The notes under the pieces: generated by a model | What the model saw: the letters and a program-made list of their open reading frames with translations, nothing else | Told to the model about the DNA's origin: nothing | Database searches by the model: none | NCBI GenBank assembly: GCA_041690135.1 | Contig: JAWLHY010000003.1 | Span: forward strand, 544,001 to 608,000 | Reading direction: 5' to 3' | Source: Armatimonadota bacterium | GTDB lineage: Bacteria; Armatimonadota; SYMT01 | Length of the DNA stretch: 64,000 nucleotides | In this document: piece by piece, positions 1 through 10,631 of the stretch | How positions within the stretch are numbered: the first letter of the stretch is position 1 | Layout of the letters: each line of letters begins with the position of its first letter | Program-made: the position numbers and the translations under genes

Positions 1-2612
1 ACTCCACCCGCGTGCGCTACGAGCCGTTCGCCTACGAGGCCCTCCGGGAGGCGCAGGCCCGCGTGTTCGGCTCCCCCGGCATTCCGGACCTCCGCATCGA
101 GCGGGCGAACACCCTCTTCTGTTTTGGCGCGGACTTCCTGGAAACGTGGGTCAGCAACGTCCAGTACGCGCGCAGCTTTTCGGAGTGGCGGCAGGCGCGC
201 CTGCGGGAAGAGCATTCGGGGCGGTACGTTTTCTTCGGCCCCCGGTTGTCGCTGACGGGGGCGAACGCGGACCAGTGGGTGCCGATCCGGCCGGGCACGG
301 AAGCGCTGGTGGCTCGCGCGCTGACAGGGATGCTGGGCACGGGCACCGCGGAAACCTCGACCGGTGAGGTGGCGGCCCTGGCACAGGGGGCGGGCGTGAG
401 CGCGGAGGTGCTGGAGCGCCTGGCGCGGGAGTTCGTCGCCCCCTCGCCGTCGCTAGCCATCCCCATCGGGATCGCCGACGCCGGAGAGGCGGCCACCGTC
501 GCGAATGAAGCGGTCCTTCGCCTGAACCAGGCCGCGGGAAACGTAGGACGGACTTATATTCCGGATTGGCCGCATGCTTTGGGGACTACGGCCCGCCACC
601 GGGAAGTGCGGGAACTGGTCGAAGCGATGCGCGCGGGCGAGGTCGGTCTGCTGTTCCTGCACGACGCCAATCCCGTCTACCATCTGCCGACGGCCCTGCG
701 CGTGGCAGAGGCGATCGGCCGGGTGCCCACGGTGGTGAGCTTCTCCAGTTATCTGGATGAAACGACGAGCCTGGCCTCTCTGGTCTTGCCGGACCATCGC
801 CCGCTGGAGTCGTGGGGGGCTTATGCGCCTCGGGAAGGCCTCCTCGGCCTCCTCCAACCCGCCGTGCTTCCGGTGTTTGACACTCGGCAGACGGGAGATG
901 TGCTGCTGGCAGCGGCCACCCGCCGCGGTCGAGGCCTGGATGCGGCGGACTTCCACGCCTACCTGCGCGAGCGACTGGGACTGGAAGACGAGCAAGCGTG
1001 GAAAAGGGCGCTCCACCGCGGCGGAGTCTTCACGGCCGGCGGGAAAGCCCCCACGCTGGATGCGGGCCTGCGCTGGCAGGCGGTGGCCGGTACCTCGCCG
1101 GAGGCGACCGGAGTACGGGCGGATGAGCGGCCGGCCGGCACCACACCGCCGGTCGCGGGGAGGCCGGGTGGGGAGACCAGCGCCGGGCAGGCCCCGGCCG
1201 GGACGGGTGCCGAAAGCACTCCCCTGGCAGCGCCCTCCGAAGGACCGCTGCTCCTGCATCTCTTTCCCTCCCTGCACTTCTTCGACGGGCGGACCGCCAA
1301 CCGGCCATGGGCTCAGGAGATCCCCGAACCGATGGCCAAGGCCGTCTGGGGGAGTTGGGTCGAGCTGCACCCCGAGACGGCCGCACGGCTCGAGGTCTCG
1401 CAGGATGATCTAGTGCTCTTGACCACGGAAGCGGGACGGCTGGAAGTACCGGCCCTGGTGACGGATCGGGTCCGGCCCGATGTGGCCGCAGTCCAGATCG
1501 GACAGGGACACACTGCCTATACCCGGTACGCCACCGGCGTCGGAATCAATCCGATCCGGCTGCTCACGGGAGCGGTCGAGCGTCCATCCGGCGCGCTTAT
1601 CATGTCCGGCCTGCCGGTCACCGTCTCCCGGCTCTCCGTGCAGCGGCGGGTGGTCGTGCTGCAGACTTCGGAGCAACTGGTGGAGGAGAACGTCGCGCAC
1701 GGCCTCTCTCTTGCTGCCTTCCGGCACGAGAGCCCAGGGGCCGTGAACAAGACCGAGGGAGGCTTCGCCGGGCGGGAGGAGGAGCGCGCCAGCCTGTACC
1801 GGTACGTGCCCAACGGGGCTCATCACTGGGGCATGGCGATCGATCTGGACCGGTGCATCGGGTGCAATGCCTGTGTAGCGGCCTGCTATGCGGAGAACAA
1901 CGTGCCGGTCGTTGGGCGTGAGGAATGCGCGCGCGGCCGCCAGATGAGCTGGCTCCGCATCGAGAACTACGGCGGGAACCTTTCGGCGGCAGCAGGGGTG
2001 ACCGGCGCGGAGGGGGAGCGACCGGTCACCGGTGGGCCGTCGCTGGCCGGGGCGATTGCCGCGGCCACCCCGCGCGACCTCCGCATCCGGTTCCTACCGA
2101 TGCTCTGCCAGCAGTGCAACAACGCGCCGTGCGAGTACGTCTGCCCCGTCTACGCGACCATGCACAGCGACGAGGGGCTCAATCAGCAGGTCTACAACCG
2201 GTGCGTGGGCACGCGCTTCTGCTCCAACAACTGCCCCTACAAGGTCCGGCGGTTCAACTGGTTTACCTACCAGTTCCCGTTCCCGCTCGACCAACAGTTG
2301 AACCCGGACGTGATCCACCGCCCGAAAGGTGTGATGGAAAAGTGCACCTTCTGTATCCAGCGCATCCGCCGGGTGCGGATCGACGCGACCTCCGACGGTG
2401 GGGAAATCCGGGATGGCCGGATCATGACCGCCTGCCAGCAGACCTGTCCCACGGACGCGATTATTTTCGGCGACCTGCGGGACCCGAACAGCCGGGTGCG
2501 CCAACTGGCCGACGGGCCGCGCGGCCATGGAGCGCTGAGCCACCTGAACACGTACCCGAACATCACCTACCTCGCTCGCGTGTGGGCGGAAACGGACGAG
2601 GAGGGAAGGTAG
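1..2612 (+). CDS. actB: Alternative complex III subunit ActB (molybdopterin-oxidoreductase-like domain + Fe-S ferredoxin domain), 5' partial
   Basis: ADFLETW, FFDGRTANRPWAQE and ELHP segments; C-terminal Cys motifs CIGCNAC, CQQCNNAPC, CVGTRFCSNNC, GVMEKCTFC..ACQQTCP; followed by an NrfD-type gene. Confidence 0.9.
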   Translation, partial: STRVRYEPFAYEALREAQARVFGSPGIPDLRIERANTLFCFGADFLETWVSNVQYARSFSEWRQARLREEHSGRYVFFGPRLSLTGANADQWVPIRPGTEALVARALTGMLGTGTAETSTGEVAALAQGAGVSAEVLERLAREFVAPSPSLAIPIGIADAGEAATVANEAVLRLNQAAGNVGRTYIPDWPHALGTTARHREVRELVEAMRAGEVGLLFLHDANPVYHLPTALRVAEAIGRVPTVVSFSSYLDETTSLASLVLPDHRPLESWGAYAPREGLLGLLQPAVLPVFDTRQTGDVLLAAATRRGRGLDAADFHAYLRERLGLEDEQAWKRALHRGGVFTAGGKAPTLDAGLRWQAVAGTSPEATGVRADERPAGTTPPVAGRPGGETSAGQAPAGTGAESTPLAAPSEGPLLLHLFPSLHFFDGRTANRPWAQEIPEPMAKAVWGSWVELHPETAARLEVSQDDLVLLTTEAGRLEVPALVTDRVRPDVAAVQIGQGHTAYTRYATGVGINPIRLLTGAVERPSGALIMSGLPVTVSRLSVQRRVVVLQTSEQLVEENVAHGLSLAAFRHESPGAVNKTEGGFAGREEERASLYRYVPNGAHHWGMAIDLDRCIGCNACVAACYAENNVPVVGREECARGRQMSWLRIENYGGNLSAAAGVTGAEGERPVTGGPSLAGAIAAATPRDLRIRFLPMLCQQCNNAPCEYVCPVYATMHSDEGLNQQVYNRCVGTRFCSNNCPYKVRRFNWFTYQFPFPLDQQLNPDVIHRPKGVMEKCTFCIQRIRRVRIDATSDGGEIRDGRIMTACQQTCPTDAIIFGDLRDPNSRVRQLADGPRGHGALSHLNTYPNITYLARVWAETDEEGR

Positions 2613-2616
2613 ACCC

Positions 2617-4059
2617 ATGCCCTCCCTTTCCCCGACGACCGCGGAAGAGGCGCAAGGCCCGGCCCCTTCAATCGCCATCGAGCGCGAACAAGCCGCCCCA
2701 GCGCCGGCCCACTCCACGGAGTACCGGGAAATCACCGAGGCTGTGCTCGCCCGGATGGGTGAGGGAGGCAAAGGGTACGTGCTGATCCTGGCGGGAACCG
2801 CCCTGCTCATGGTCCTCGGAGCGGTGGCCTGGGGGTTCCAGCTCTGGTACGGGGTCGGCGTGTCGGGTCTCCAGCACCCGATGATGTGGGCCACCTACAT
2901 CACCTCCTTCGTCTGGTGGATCGGCATCGCCCACGCCGGAACCCTGCTTTCCGCTGTCCTCTACCTCACCGGCGCCACCTTCCGACCGGCATTCTCACGG
3001 CTGGCGGAGGGGATTGCGCTGATGGCCGTGCTGGCGGCGGCCTCCTACCCCATCATCCACCTGGGGCGAGCCTGGCGCTTCTACTGGCTGCTGCCCTACC
3101 CCAACCAGCGCGACCTCTGGGTGACGTTCCGCTCTCCGCTGATCTTCGACGTCTTCGCGTTGCTGGCCGACTTCGCCATCTCGCTTCTCTTCTTCTGGGC
3201 GGGCCTGCTGCCCGACCTGGCGGTCCTGCGCGACCGCTCGGTGGGCTGGAAGCGCACCCTCTACGGCGTGCTGGCGCTGGGGTGGGAGGGCCGGGCGAGC
3301 CAGTGGAAGCATTTCCGCGCGGGCTACTCCGTGCTGGCCGGACTGGTGGCGGTGCTGGTCATTGCCGGCCATACGGTGGTGTCGTGGGACTTCTCGCTGG
3401 CGCTGGTTCCCGGCTGGCACTCCACGCTGTTCCCGCTCTACTTCCTCGCCGGCGCGATCTTCACCGGCCTGGCGATGAGCCTGCTGTTCATCGTGCCGCT
3501 CCGGGGTTGGCTGCGCCTCCACCGCTGCATCAGCGACGAGAACCTGGACCGCATCGCCCGCCTGCTGCTCGGGGCGTCGCTGTTCCTCACCTTCTTCCGC
3601 AGCCTGGAATTCTACCTGGTCTGGCTCCGGGGCAGTGAGCTCGCGCGCATCGACCTGCTGTACAAGAGCGCCGGCCCCTTCGCCCTCGTCTTCTGGACTA
3701 TGATCGTCTGCAACTCGCTCGTGCCGTTGGCGTTCCTCTGGCAGCGGGTCCGGCGCAGTGCGGTAGCGCTGGTCCTCGTGGCACTGACGGTGTGTGTCGG
3801 CATGTGGTTGGAGCGGCTCATCATCATCACCGCCAGCCTCGGCCGGGATTACCTACCCTACGCCTGGGCGCCCGGCGCCTACTCGATGACCCTGCTGGAG
3901 TGGGGGATCTTTGCGGGCACCGCTGGCTGGTTCTTTTTCTCCCTGCTGCTCTTCGTGCGGTACTTCCCCGTGCTGCCCATGCACGAGATCAAGCGGAACC
4001 GGTTGCGGCACGCCCGCGAGGAACAGGCCATGGCGAGGGGCGAGCCCCCGCCCGATTAG
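2617..4059 (+). CDS. actC: ACIII quinol-binding membrane subunit ActC (NrfD/PsrC family)
   Basis: Polytopic; FVWWIGIAHAGTLLSA, IHLGRAWRFYW, PGWHST, GMWLER motifs. Confidence 0.9.
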   Translation: MPSLSPTTAEEAQGPAPSIAIEREQAAPAPAHSTEYREITEAVLARMGEGGKGYVLILAGTALLMVLGAVAWGFQLWYGVGVSGLQHPMMWATYITSFVWWIGIAHAGTLLSAVLYLTGATFRPAFSRLAEGIALMAVLAAASYPIIHLGRAWRFYWLLPYPNQRDLWVTFRSPLIFDVFALLADFAISLLFFWAGLLPDLAVLRDRSVGWKRTLYGVLALGWEGRASQWKHFRAGYSVLAGLVAVLVIAGHTVVSWDFSLALVPGWHSTLFPLYFLAGAIFTGLAMSLLFIVPLRGWLRLHRCISDENLDRIARLLLGASLFLTFFRSLEFYLVWLRGSELARIDLLYKSAGPFALVFWTMIVCNSLVPLAFLWQRVRRSAVALVLVALTVCVGMWLERLIIITASLGRDYLPYAWAPGAYSMTLLEWGIFAGTAGWFFFSLLLFVRYFPVLPMHEIKRNRLRHAREEQAMARGEPPPD

Positions 4060-4530
4060 GGTAAGGATAACGATCAGGATAAGGAGGGGAAGGAGCGCGG
4101 GCGTCTCGCCCGCCAGGGAAGGGACCCGCGGAGGGTGGATGATGAGAAGGGTGGAGGGTGGGGCGGGCGTCTCGCCCGCCAGAAGTCGTGAGTGGGGGAG
4201 TGGTGGAGTGGGGCGGGCGACGCTACGATCAGGTCCCGTTTGGGGGAACAGATCCGTACCCGTCAGGGTGAATGGATCTGTAGGGGCATCGGCTCTGGTT
4301 GCCCTGTTCTGCATGAGATGAGTGCTCGCAAGAACGTAGCCGCCTCAGCAACTGAATCCGGCCAACTGCGGCCCCTGTGCCTTCCCCGCCTCGCTTGGCG
4401 CCGCGCAGTGGGGTGGTGAGGGGTGGAGTAGTGGGTGGGGCGGGCGTCTCGCTCGCCGGATTACGATCACGATTGAGATCACGATCACGATCACGAAGGG
4501 AACGGAGTGGGGCGGGCGTCTCGCCCGCCA
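4059..4530. repeat. Intergenic cluster of REP-like palindromes (GCGGGCGTCTCGCCCGC) with hexamer microsatellites
   Basis: Copies near 4097, 4163, 4440 and 4512; (AGGATA)-like run at ~4060-4084; (GATCAC)n at ~4466-4494. Confidence 0.8.
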
Positions 4531-4557
4531 CGGTACCCGTTGTGACAGGACAGAGGG

Positions 4558-5112
4558 ATGCAGGCCATGGGGCGCTTTGAAGGGGTAATCGGGTATTTCG
4601 AGACGGCCGATGACCTGCGAGCGGCGGCCGCCAAGGCGCGGGAGGCGCGGTTCGACCTGGATGCCTACCTCCCGGTGGGAGATATGACCGCGGTCGAGGC
4701 GGCAGCTCCGGGGGAAAGCCCGGTCCGCTGGCTGGCGCTGGCCGGCGGGTTGACGGGGCTGGCCGCGGCGCTCTGGATGACGATCTGGATGTCCTGGGAT
4801 TATCCGCTGGTGACCGGTGGAAAGCCGATCACGTCGCTTCCCCCATTTCTGGTGATCGCCTTCGAAGTGATGCTCCTGTTCGCGGGAGCCGGGGCCTTCA
4901 TCGGTTTGCTGCTGCTGGGCGGTCTGCCGCGACTGGTCCCCACTACCTCTTACCGCAATGCCTTCGCGGTGGATACGTTCGCCCTGCTCATCCGCTCCCT
5001 TCCCGGCGCCCGGGACCGGGAACGGGCGGAGGAGATCCTGCGGGAAGCGGGGGCCTACGAGATCCGGCCCATCCTGGACGAGAAGCGGGAGCGCCTGGAG
5101 GAGACGTTGTGA
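4558..5112 (+). CDS. actD: ACIII subunit ActD (DUF3341)
   Basis: DAYLP, two TM helices, DYPLVTGGKP, IAFEVMLLFA. Confidence 0.85.
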   Translation: MQAMGRFEGVIGYFETADDLRAAAAKAREARFDLDAYLPVGDMTAVEAAAPGESPVRWLALAGGLTGLAAALWMTIWMSWDYPLVTGGKPITSLPPFLVIAFEVMLLFAGAGAFIGLLLLGGLPRLVPTTSYRNAFAVDTFALLIRSLPGARDRERAEEILREAGAYEIRPILDEKRERLEETL

Positions 5113-6410
5113 CCGTGATCGAGATTCGCCGCGATTCCGGCCGGGGAGCGCTGGAGAAGATGCTGCGGGAGGCGGCGACAATAGCCGCGCCGCCGCAGCG
5201 CCTCCGCCTCTACGCGCTGGGGTGCCTGGGGATCGGCTTGCTGGCGACAGCCCTGGGTCTGTTGCTGGCGCCCGCTGTCACCTGGCCGGCGCTGCTGATC
5301 AACGTGCTCTTCTGGGTCGGCGTGGCGCAGGGCGGGGTGGCGTTCGCCGCCCTGGTCCGGCTGACGCACGCGCGCTGGAGTCGCGCGGCGCAGCGGATCG
5401 CGGCAAGCCTGGGGGTATTCCTGCCTATCGGGCTGGTGTTGGTGCCGGTCCTCGGCCTGGGCCGTGGCTATCTCTTTCCCGTGGCCCTGGCACCGGAGAC
5501 CCATCCCTGGCTGGGAGTGGGTGGGGCCATGGCTCGCGCTTTTTTGGCCGTGGCCGTGATGACGGGGGTGAGCCTGACCTTCCTCTACTTCTCGGTGCGC
5601 CCGGATCTCGGAGCTCTTCACGCCGCGGAGGGTACGGAGAGTGCGGAGGAAAGTCCTGGCCTTCTGCTCCGGAACTGGCACGGCCGGGAAGCCGAACGAG
5701 AGCGGGGCCGGCGAGCGCTGCACCTCCTCTCACCGCTGGTGCTGGGGGTCTTCTTCGTGGCCGGAGCCTCGCTGGCGATCGACCTGGGGCTGACGGCGGA
5801 GATTCGGTTTGCCGGCACGTTGTTTCCGGTGATGTATGTCGTCTCCTCCCTCTACGCGGCAGTGGGGATCACGGTCGCCCTGGCGGCGGCATGGCGACGC
5901 AGCGGGACGGCCGCGCGACAAATCTTGCGCCCGGAGGTGTTCGGGGACCTGGGGAACGTGCTCTGGGCGCTCGCGATCACCTTCGGCTATCTCTGGTGGT
6001 GCCGCTATCTCATCGTCTGGATGACGAACCTGCCCAACGAGGCCGCCCACCACCTGCTCCGCTGGCAAACGTGGCCCTGGAGCCTGGGGTCGTGGGCAGC
6101 TCTGATCCTGGGGGCGGCGCTGCCCTTGATCCTGCTGTTCAGCCGGGCCGTCAAACGGCAGTCCATGTCCCTGGCCGGGGTGGGCGTACTCGGAGCCCTG
6201 GGGGTCTTCCTCTTCCGCAGCGTGGAAACACTTGCCGGCCTGGGTATCATCCAGGGATTGCTCGCCGTACTGGTGCTGGCGGGGGTGAGCCTGGGTTTCC
6301 TGGGTGCGGCTGCCCTGGCCTACATGTGGCTGCTGGCCCGCATTCCGATTTTCCCGGTGGAAGACCCGGAGTTCGTGGAGGCGCTGGCAGTGAGGGACGT
6401 GCGTGTCTAA
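5109..6410 (+). CDS. actF: ACIII subunit ActF-like (NrfD paralog)
   Basis: Polytopic; ARWSR, DLGNVL, YLWWCRYLIVWMTNLPNE resembles the ActF YLxFxQxxxIWYxNLPEE motif; GTGA overlap with actD. Confidence 0.75.
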   Translation: MTVIEIRRDSGRGALEKMLREAATIAAPPQRLRLYALGCLGIGLLATALGLLLAPAVTWPALLINVLFWVGVAQGGVAFAALVRLTHARWSRAAQRIAASLGVFLPIGLVLVPVLGLGRGYLFPVALAPETHPWLGVGGAMARAFLAVAVMTGVSLTFLYFSVRPDLGALHAAEGTESAEESPGLLLRNWHGREAERERGRRALHLLSPLVLGVFFVAGASLAIDLGLTAEIRFAGTLFPVMYVVSSLYAAVGITVALAAAWRRSGTAARQILRPEVFGDLGNVLWALAITFGYLWWCRYLIVWMTNLPNEAAHHLLRWQTWPWSLGSWAALILGAALPLILLFSRAVKRQSMSLAGVGVLGALGVFLFRSVETLAGLGIIQGLLAVLVLAGVSLGFLGAAALAYMWLLARIPIFPVEDPEFVEALAVRDVRV

Positions 6411-6921
6411 CGGAAAGCGTCATATCAGCGTGGTCTTGCTCATTACGGGGATCGTGGTCGTCTCCCTGATCCTGATCGCGATCCAGTCGACGGAGGCCGA
6501 TCCCGCCCCGCACCAGCCGATCGACTTCTTTCACAGCGTGCACGCGCGGGACAACGGCATCGCTTGCGGGTTTTGCCATCGCACCGCGGAAACCGCCGCC
6601 TTCGCCGGAATGCCGAGCACCCAGACCTGTATCACCTGCCATCGCGTGGTGATCTCGAACGTACCGGAGATCTGGAAGCTTCGCAGCTACTGGGAACTAG
6701 GGGAGGCGATCCCCTGGAAGCGCACCCACGACCTCCCGGCCCATGTCTACTTCAGTCACGAGGCCCACACCGCCGGCGGCAAGATGGGATGCGAGCCGTG
6801 CCACGGGAAGGTAGAAGAGATGGATCGGGTGCGGCAGGTAAAGCCGCTTACGATGGGCTGGTGTATGGATTGCCACCGGCAGGAGAACGCGAGCACGGAG
6901 TGCTGGTCATGTCACCGCTAG
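6403..6921 (+). CDS. actA: Pentaheme cytochrome c, ActA-like
   Basis: N-terminal TM; five CxxCH (CGFCH, CITCH, CEPCH, CMDCH, CWSCH); QPIDFFH, LPAHVYFSH, PLTMGWC. Confidence 0.85.
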   Translation: MSNGKRHISVVLLITGIVVVSLILIAIQSTEADPAPHQPIDFFHSVHARDNGIACGFCHRTAETAAFAGMPSTQTCITCHRVVISNVPEIWKLRSYWELGEAIPWKRTHDLPAHVYFSHEAHTAGGKMGCEPCHGKVEEMDRVRQVKPLTMGWCMDCHRQENASTECWSCHR

Positions 6922-7814
6922 CCCAGGAGCAGAAACGGAACCTGCGCATCCTCGGGTGGAGCAGCGTGGCCGTCGTGGTTCTCCTGGTGGGGGCCGCGGC
7001 TGCGCTATACCTGGGCTACGAGATCCCACCTCGAGAGATGCAGGATTACTACGCCTCGGCGACCGGCTACGCGCCGCCCCCACAGGGAGTAGGAGCGGTC
7101 CCCGGCACGGTGCCCCGGGGCTCCCTCGACCTGCTGAGCTTGGCCCGCGCGCCGGCCGGACCGGGCGGTCCCCTTCCCGAGCGCGGAGCGGCTCCGGGCG
7201 AGAGACCGGCTGAAGCGCCGGGCGAGCGAGGCGGTCCATCCCGTTTTGCCGCGCATCCCCGGCCCTACGGCGAGCAGGTCTTGCGGGAGTACGTGGAGGC
7301 GCGCACTGCCGGGGAGCGACGCAGCCCCCAGGCGCCGGAAGGTTCCTCGCCGAATGGCGTCCGGGCGAACGCAACGCCGAGCCCGCCCGGGCAGGACCAT
7401 ACCCACGCCGAAGGGCAAGAGCACGCTCACCCCGAGAGCCCGGACGGCAGGTCTGGCGCTCACTCAACCCCGGTCCGGGTGCTCCCTGAACAGCGGAACC
7501 CACTGCCGCGCGATCCCTCGGTGCTCGCTCTGGGCAAACGCCAGTACACAATCAATTGCGGCATGTGCCACGGCACGCCTGGCGGTCCCCCCGGCCCTGT
7601 GGCCGAGCATTACCAGCCCCGGCCTCCCGACCTGGCGGAGCATCTCCCGCATCATTCGGACGCTCAGCTCTACTCGCTGATCACCCACGGCATCCGTTCG
7701 GCGCCGACCCCGGAAGCGGCCCGCTACCTCTCCGAAGAGTGGCATGCCTTCCGGGCCACCACCAGTCCCCGCGAACGCTGGGCTATCGTGGCGTACCTGC
7801 GGTCCCTGCGCTGA
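6909..7814 (+). CDS. Monoheme cytochrome c, ActE-like, with a long Pro/His-rich linker
   Basis: ATG at 6909; TM anchor, PGTVPRG, YTINCGMCHG, ERWAIVAYLRSL. Confidence 0.7.
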   Translation: MSPLAQEQKRNLRILGWSSVAVVVLLVGAAAALYLGYEIPPREMQDYYASATGYAPPPQGVGAVPGTVPRGSLDLLSLARAPAGPGGPLPERGAAPGERPAEAPGERGGPSRFAAHPRPYGEQVLREYVEARTAGERRSPQAPEGSSPNGVRANATPSPPGQDHTHAEGQEHAHPESPDGRSGAHSTPVRVLPEQRNPLPRDPSVLALGKRQYTINCGMCHGTPGGPPGPVAEHYQPRPPDLAEHLPHHSDAQLYSLITHGIRSAPTPEAARYLSEEWHAFRATTSPRERWAIVAYLRSLR

Positions 7815-8097
7815 AGGCCGAGGGGCGACCGAATCTCGCGCAGAGCCGCAAAGGGAAAGAGAGAAAGCCGGGCGCCGCGAATCCGGATGAGTTTCTTGGC
7901 AGTTCCTCTACGTGCCAAACGCACATGAGGCTCCTCCGCAACCGCTGGTCCGTATGAATGACACCGACTTCTCTCGGTTCGGTCCTCAACAGATCAGTCT
8001 TGTGGTGAACTCCGCCTGTTTGCTCCCCAACCTTCCGTGACCCTCCGTTCGATCCATGTTCTCCGTGTCGAGGATCGGCAGAGGGCGAAGAGGGCGA

Positions 8098-8319
8098 TCA
8101 CTCGGGGGAGCGCCGGCGGGGAGAGGCGGGTTCGATCTGGACGAGATTACCGGGACCGGAGGAATCGGGGGCGGAACCCTGGGAAGGGCAGGAGTTCGTG
8201 GTTCCGCAGCCACCGCACCCGCCGCAGCCCTCTTTCTTGCCCGATCCCGTGAAGGACCGGACCACGTAGACCGCAGCCGCCGCGCCGATGAGGTAGAAAA
8301 GGACTTGATCCCAGGGCAT
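8098..8319 (-). CDS. FeoB-associated Cys-rich membrane protein
   Basis: Single TM followed by GCGGCGGCG...C, directly downstream of feoB. Confidence 0.75.
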   Translation of the reverse strand: MPWDQVLFYLIGAAAAVYVVRSFTGSGKKEGCGGCGGCGTTNSCPSQGSAPDSSGPGNLVQIEPASPRRRSPE

Positions 8320-8513
8320 ATCGGATTAGGATTAGGATGAAGATTAGGATTAGGAAAGGGATCGCTCGGATCCGTAAACGGTTCGTGGCACCGAAGTGGA
8401 TTCCTGCACTCGATCTATCTTAGCCTCCACACCCCGGAACTCTCTCCCGGCAAGAGGTTAATCCGTCCGCGTTCTGTCGCCCACCCGGCCCCTCTTAATC
8501 CTAATCTTCATCC

Positions 8514-10631
8514 TTATCCTAATCCGATGAGGCGTCCTAGCTGAAAGACCAGGGTGGCGCCGCCCCAGGCCAGGACCGCCATGTAGCCCCACTGGAGCAG
8601 GGCCCACTTCCAGCTTCCGGTCTCGCGCCGGACGACCGCCATGGTGGAGACGCACTGCATGGCGAGGACGTAGAAGACCAGCAGCGCCAGGGCGGATGCC
8701 GGGGAGAACCGGGGGGCGCCGGTGGTCGGGTTGACTTCGGCGCGCATCTGGTCCCGCACGGAGACCGAAGCTTTCTCCTCGTCCGCGTCTTCCACGTTGT
8801 AGACGATGGCCATCGTGCTCACGAAGACCTCGCGCGCGGCGAACGAGCCGAGGATGCCGATGCCGACCTTCCAGTCCATCCCGAACGGCTGAATGAGCGG
8901 CTCCAGCAGGTGCCCGGCCCGGCCGGCGACGCTGTGCTTCAGGCGCTCGCTCCGCGGCTGCGAGGCGTTGCCGGGGAAGTTCATCGCGAACCAGAGCACG
9001 ATGCTGATGGCGAGAATGATCGTTCCGGCCCGCTTCAGGAATTCGGAGCCCCGCTGCCAGGTCTGCAGCGATACCGTCTTCAGGGAAGGCACCTTGTACG
9101 GCGGAAGCTCGATGAGGAACAGCGGGGCTTCCCCTTTGAACAGCGTCCGCTTGAAGAGAGAGGCCATGCCCAGGGCGGCGACGAGCCCCAGGATATAGAG
9201 CGATACCATCACCAGCGCGGGCACGGAGACCACGCCCCACAGTTTGGCGGCGGGGATGAACCCGGCGATGAGGAGCGTGTAGACCGGCAGGCGGGCGCTG
9301 CAGCTCATCAGGGGCGCAACGAGAATGGTGACCATCCGGTCCCGCTTGTTCTCGATGGTCCGGGTCGCCATGATGCCGGGGATGGCGCAGGCGAACGAGC
9401 TGAGGAGCGGGATAAAGCTCTTGCCGTGGAGACCCACCTTACTCATCACGCGGTCCATCACGAACGCGGCGCGCGCCATGTAGCCGCTGTCTTCGAGGAG
9501 GCCCAGGAAAAAGAACAGGAAGAAGATCTGCGGTAGGAAGATGACGACGCCGCCGACCCCGGCGATGACACCGTCTAACACCAGGTCACGCAGGTCGCCC
9601 TCCGGGAGGCGTGCCCCGGCCCATTCGGAGATCCACCCCTGGGCGGTTTCGATCCAGCTCATGGGAATACCGCTCCAGGTGAAGATCGCCTGGAACATGA
9701 GCCCCATCAGCAGGAAGAAGACCACGAACCCCCACACCCGGTGCGTGGCCACGCTGTCGACCCGGTCGCTCCAGGTAACGGGCATCTCTCCCTGGCGGGT
9801 CACGCGGTCGCAGACCTCGTTAATCCAACCGTAGCGGGCCTCAACGGGCGCGGAGAGGGGATCGATGTCCGCCGCTTCCAGCCGGGCCCGAGCCGCGTCC
9901 GCGGCTTCGAGCACGCGCGAGGAGACCCGCAGCTCGCCGGCGCCGGACGGCTCCGAGAGCAGGGCGATGGCCGCGAAGAAGGCGCCGGAGGCGGGGACGG
10001 CCTGCTCTTCCACCAGCATCCGGGCGAGCGTCTCGGCCTCGCGCTCCATGGCGTCGGGGAGGCGCCAGTGCCGGACCGGCGGAGCGGGAGCGGGACGGGA
10101 AAGCTGCTCGCGGATCTCCTTGAGCCCCTTGCCCCGGGAGGCCACGGCGGGGATGACGGGAATGCCCAACTCGCGCGCGAGGGCCTCCGCGTCGATCTCC
10201 AGGCCCACCCGCTCAGCCACGTCCGTCATGTTCAGGCAGAGCACCACGGGAAGTCCCAGGTCCATCACCTGCGTGGCAAGGTAGAGGTTTCGCTCCAGGT
10301 TGCTTGCGTCAACCACCACGAGCACCAGCTCCGGCGCGGGGGGATGGCGGGCGAGAAGAACGTCCCGAGCTACCTCTTCGTCCGGAGAGCGGGCGTTCAG
10401 GCTGTAGGTGCCGGGCAGGTCGAGCAGCGTGATATCCGTACCAGTAAGGCGGCCTTCCTTGCGCTCGACGGTGACGCCCGCGTAGTTCCCGACCCGGTGT
10501 CGCAGCCCGGTGAGGGCGTTGAACACGGTGGTCTTTCCGCAGTTCGGGTTGCCCGCAAGGGCCACGTAGCGGACGGCGGTTCCGTTCGACGTTCCGGCGA
10601 CCTCGGCGGGACGCCCGGCGACAACACTCAT
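8514..10631 (-). CDS. feoB: Ferrous iron transporter FeoB
   Basis: GNPNCGKT, VGNYAGVTVE, DLPG, LEDSGYMARAAF, CSARLP. Confidence 0.97.
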   Translation of the reverse strand: MSVVAGRPAEVAGTSNGTAVRYVALAGNPNCGKTTVFNALTGLRHRVGNYAGVTVERKEGRLTGTDITLLDLPGTYSLNARSPDEEVARDVLLARHPPAPELVLVVVDASNLERNLYLATQVMDLGLPVVLCLNMTDVAERVGLEIDAEALARELGIPVIPAVASRGKGLKEIREQLSRPAPAPPVRHWRLPDAMEREAETLARMLVEEQAVPASGAFFAAIALLSEPSGAGELRVSSRVLEAADAARARLEAADIDPLSAPVEARYGWINEVCDRVTRQGEMPVTWSDRVDSVATHRVWGFVVFFLLMGLMFQAIFTWSGIPMSWIETAQGWISEWAGARLPEGDLRDLVLDGVIAGVGGVVIFLPQIFFLFFFLGLLEDSGYMARAAFVMDRVMSKVGLHGKSFIPLLSSFACAIPGIMATRTIENKRDRMVTILVAPLMSCSARLPVYTLLIAGFIPAAKLWGVVSVPALVMVSLYILGLVAALGMASLFKRTLFKGEAPLFLIELPPYKVPSLKTVSLQTWQRGSEFLKRAGTIILAISIVLWFAMNFPGNASQPRSERLKHSVAGRAGHLLEPLIQPFGMDWKVGIGILGSFAAREVFVSTMAIVYNVEDADEEKASVSVRDQMRAEVNPTTGAPRFSPASALALLVFYVLAMQCVSTMAVVRRETGSWKWALLQWGYMAVLAWGGATLVFQLGRLIGLG

